A stretch of DNA of 36,811 nt from Nemertoderma westbladi (taxonomy: Eukaryota > Animalia > Xenacoelomorpha), in assembly GCA_032718475.1 (NCBI GenBank), contig JAUCBJ010004385.1, forward strand, positions 1 to 36,811, in the 5' to 3' direction. The stretch's first letter is position 1. Each line of letters begins with the position of its first letter. The notes under the pieces are model-generated. The model saw only the letters and a program-made list of their open reading frames with translations. It was not told the origin of the DNA and ran no database searches. Of this stretch, positions 36,081-36,811 are shown one piece after another. The position numbers and the translations under genes are program-made.

Positions 36081-36811
36081 TGGCCTTTCCTGCGGTAACA
36101 ATGTCCATTTTAGCCCAGGTTACAGTTACAGTGTGGCGGCCCAAATCCTAATTAATCCGAATCGCACTACGTCCGAAATTCCACAAAATGTATTAAATTA
36201 GAGCGTCATGACTTTGGGTTATATAACACTTTTAATTAGGGTTTGCGCCTGACCAACGAACCCTAACCTAAAAACTAACCCAGTCAGCCAGTAACCGTAA
36301 CTGACAGACTGACTAACAGACTGACAGACTGATACCAGGATACTGAAGTAAATTATAGCTAGCTCACTGACTGACAGCAGTACCGGTACCGGTAGGGGTA
36401 GGTCAGTAGGTAAAATGCTGAAATGACCATTGCTGCCATTCAGCCATTGGCAGATTGGGGCTGAAACCGGTTAGAGCTTAGAATTCAATTCAAATACCAG
36501 TAGCCAGCCCTATCAGCCTATTGCAGTATTGCTGTAGTTGTAGCAGGTCAGCCCTCAGTCAGCCTTCAGTGCTGCACGGTTGCACGGCCTTGCCTACAGG
36601 CCTATCTACAGGGACAGGCAGACAGGCCTACGGCGTTACGGGGCCTACCACATACTGACCTACGCCTACTTCAAAAAGTCCTGAAAGTTTGACGACGCAA
36701 CGTAACGGTACCGGCACTGAATTTAGAAATAAGCAGATCAGCAGATACTGAGATAGGCAGATAGGTCTGCGTCTGCATCATCTCATCATTATAGCACATC
36801 TACCAACAGTC

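Noticed and set aside
36236-36281. Telomere-like TTAGGG/CCCTAA words
   Set aside because: Isolated imperfect copies, not an array.

Overview
Eukaryotic (invertebrate-like metazoan), AT-rich, repeat-dense genomic window. The only clear host gene is a BET-family double-bromodomain gene (BRD4/fs(1)h-like) on the minus strand. It has a 3.1-kb coding exon (17947-14835) and a terminal exon (10807-10636) that is missing from the ORF track and encodes the BRD4-type C-terminal motif (CTM); the joined protein is about 1094 aa. The most unusual feature is the intron between them. It is mostly a ~3.5-kb array of about 133 copies of a 26-bp unit, and that unit is the gene's own exon/intron junction (last 11 exonic nt + first 15 intronic nt). 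The 5' splice site is therefore repeated over a hundred times, and use of any copy after the first would include an in-frame stop that removes the CTM. Upstream of the gene is a nest of transposons: a degenerate Ty3/Gypsy element whose 3' LTR ends ~180 bp from the ATG, an intact hAT-type transposon (773-aa ORF, perfect 8-bp TSD) inside the Gypsy RNase H, an L2/CR1-group LINE, an RTE-like LINE, several MITEs and a P-element-like transposase remnant. Downstream are a 25-bp hairpin minisatellite and a 21-bp satellite with a 5'-truncated copy of the same RTE-like LINE inserted in it. Splicing, LTR limits and TE clades are inferred from motifs by eye; no alignments or searches were run.
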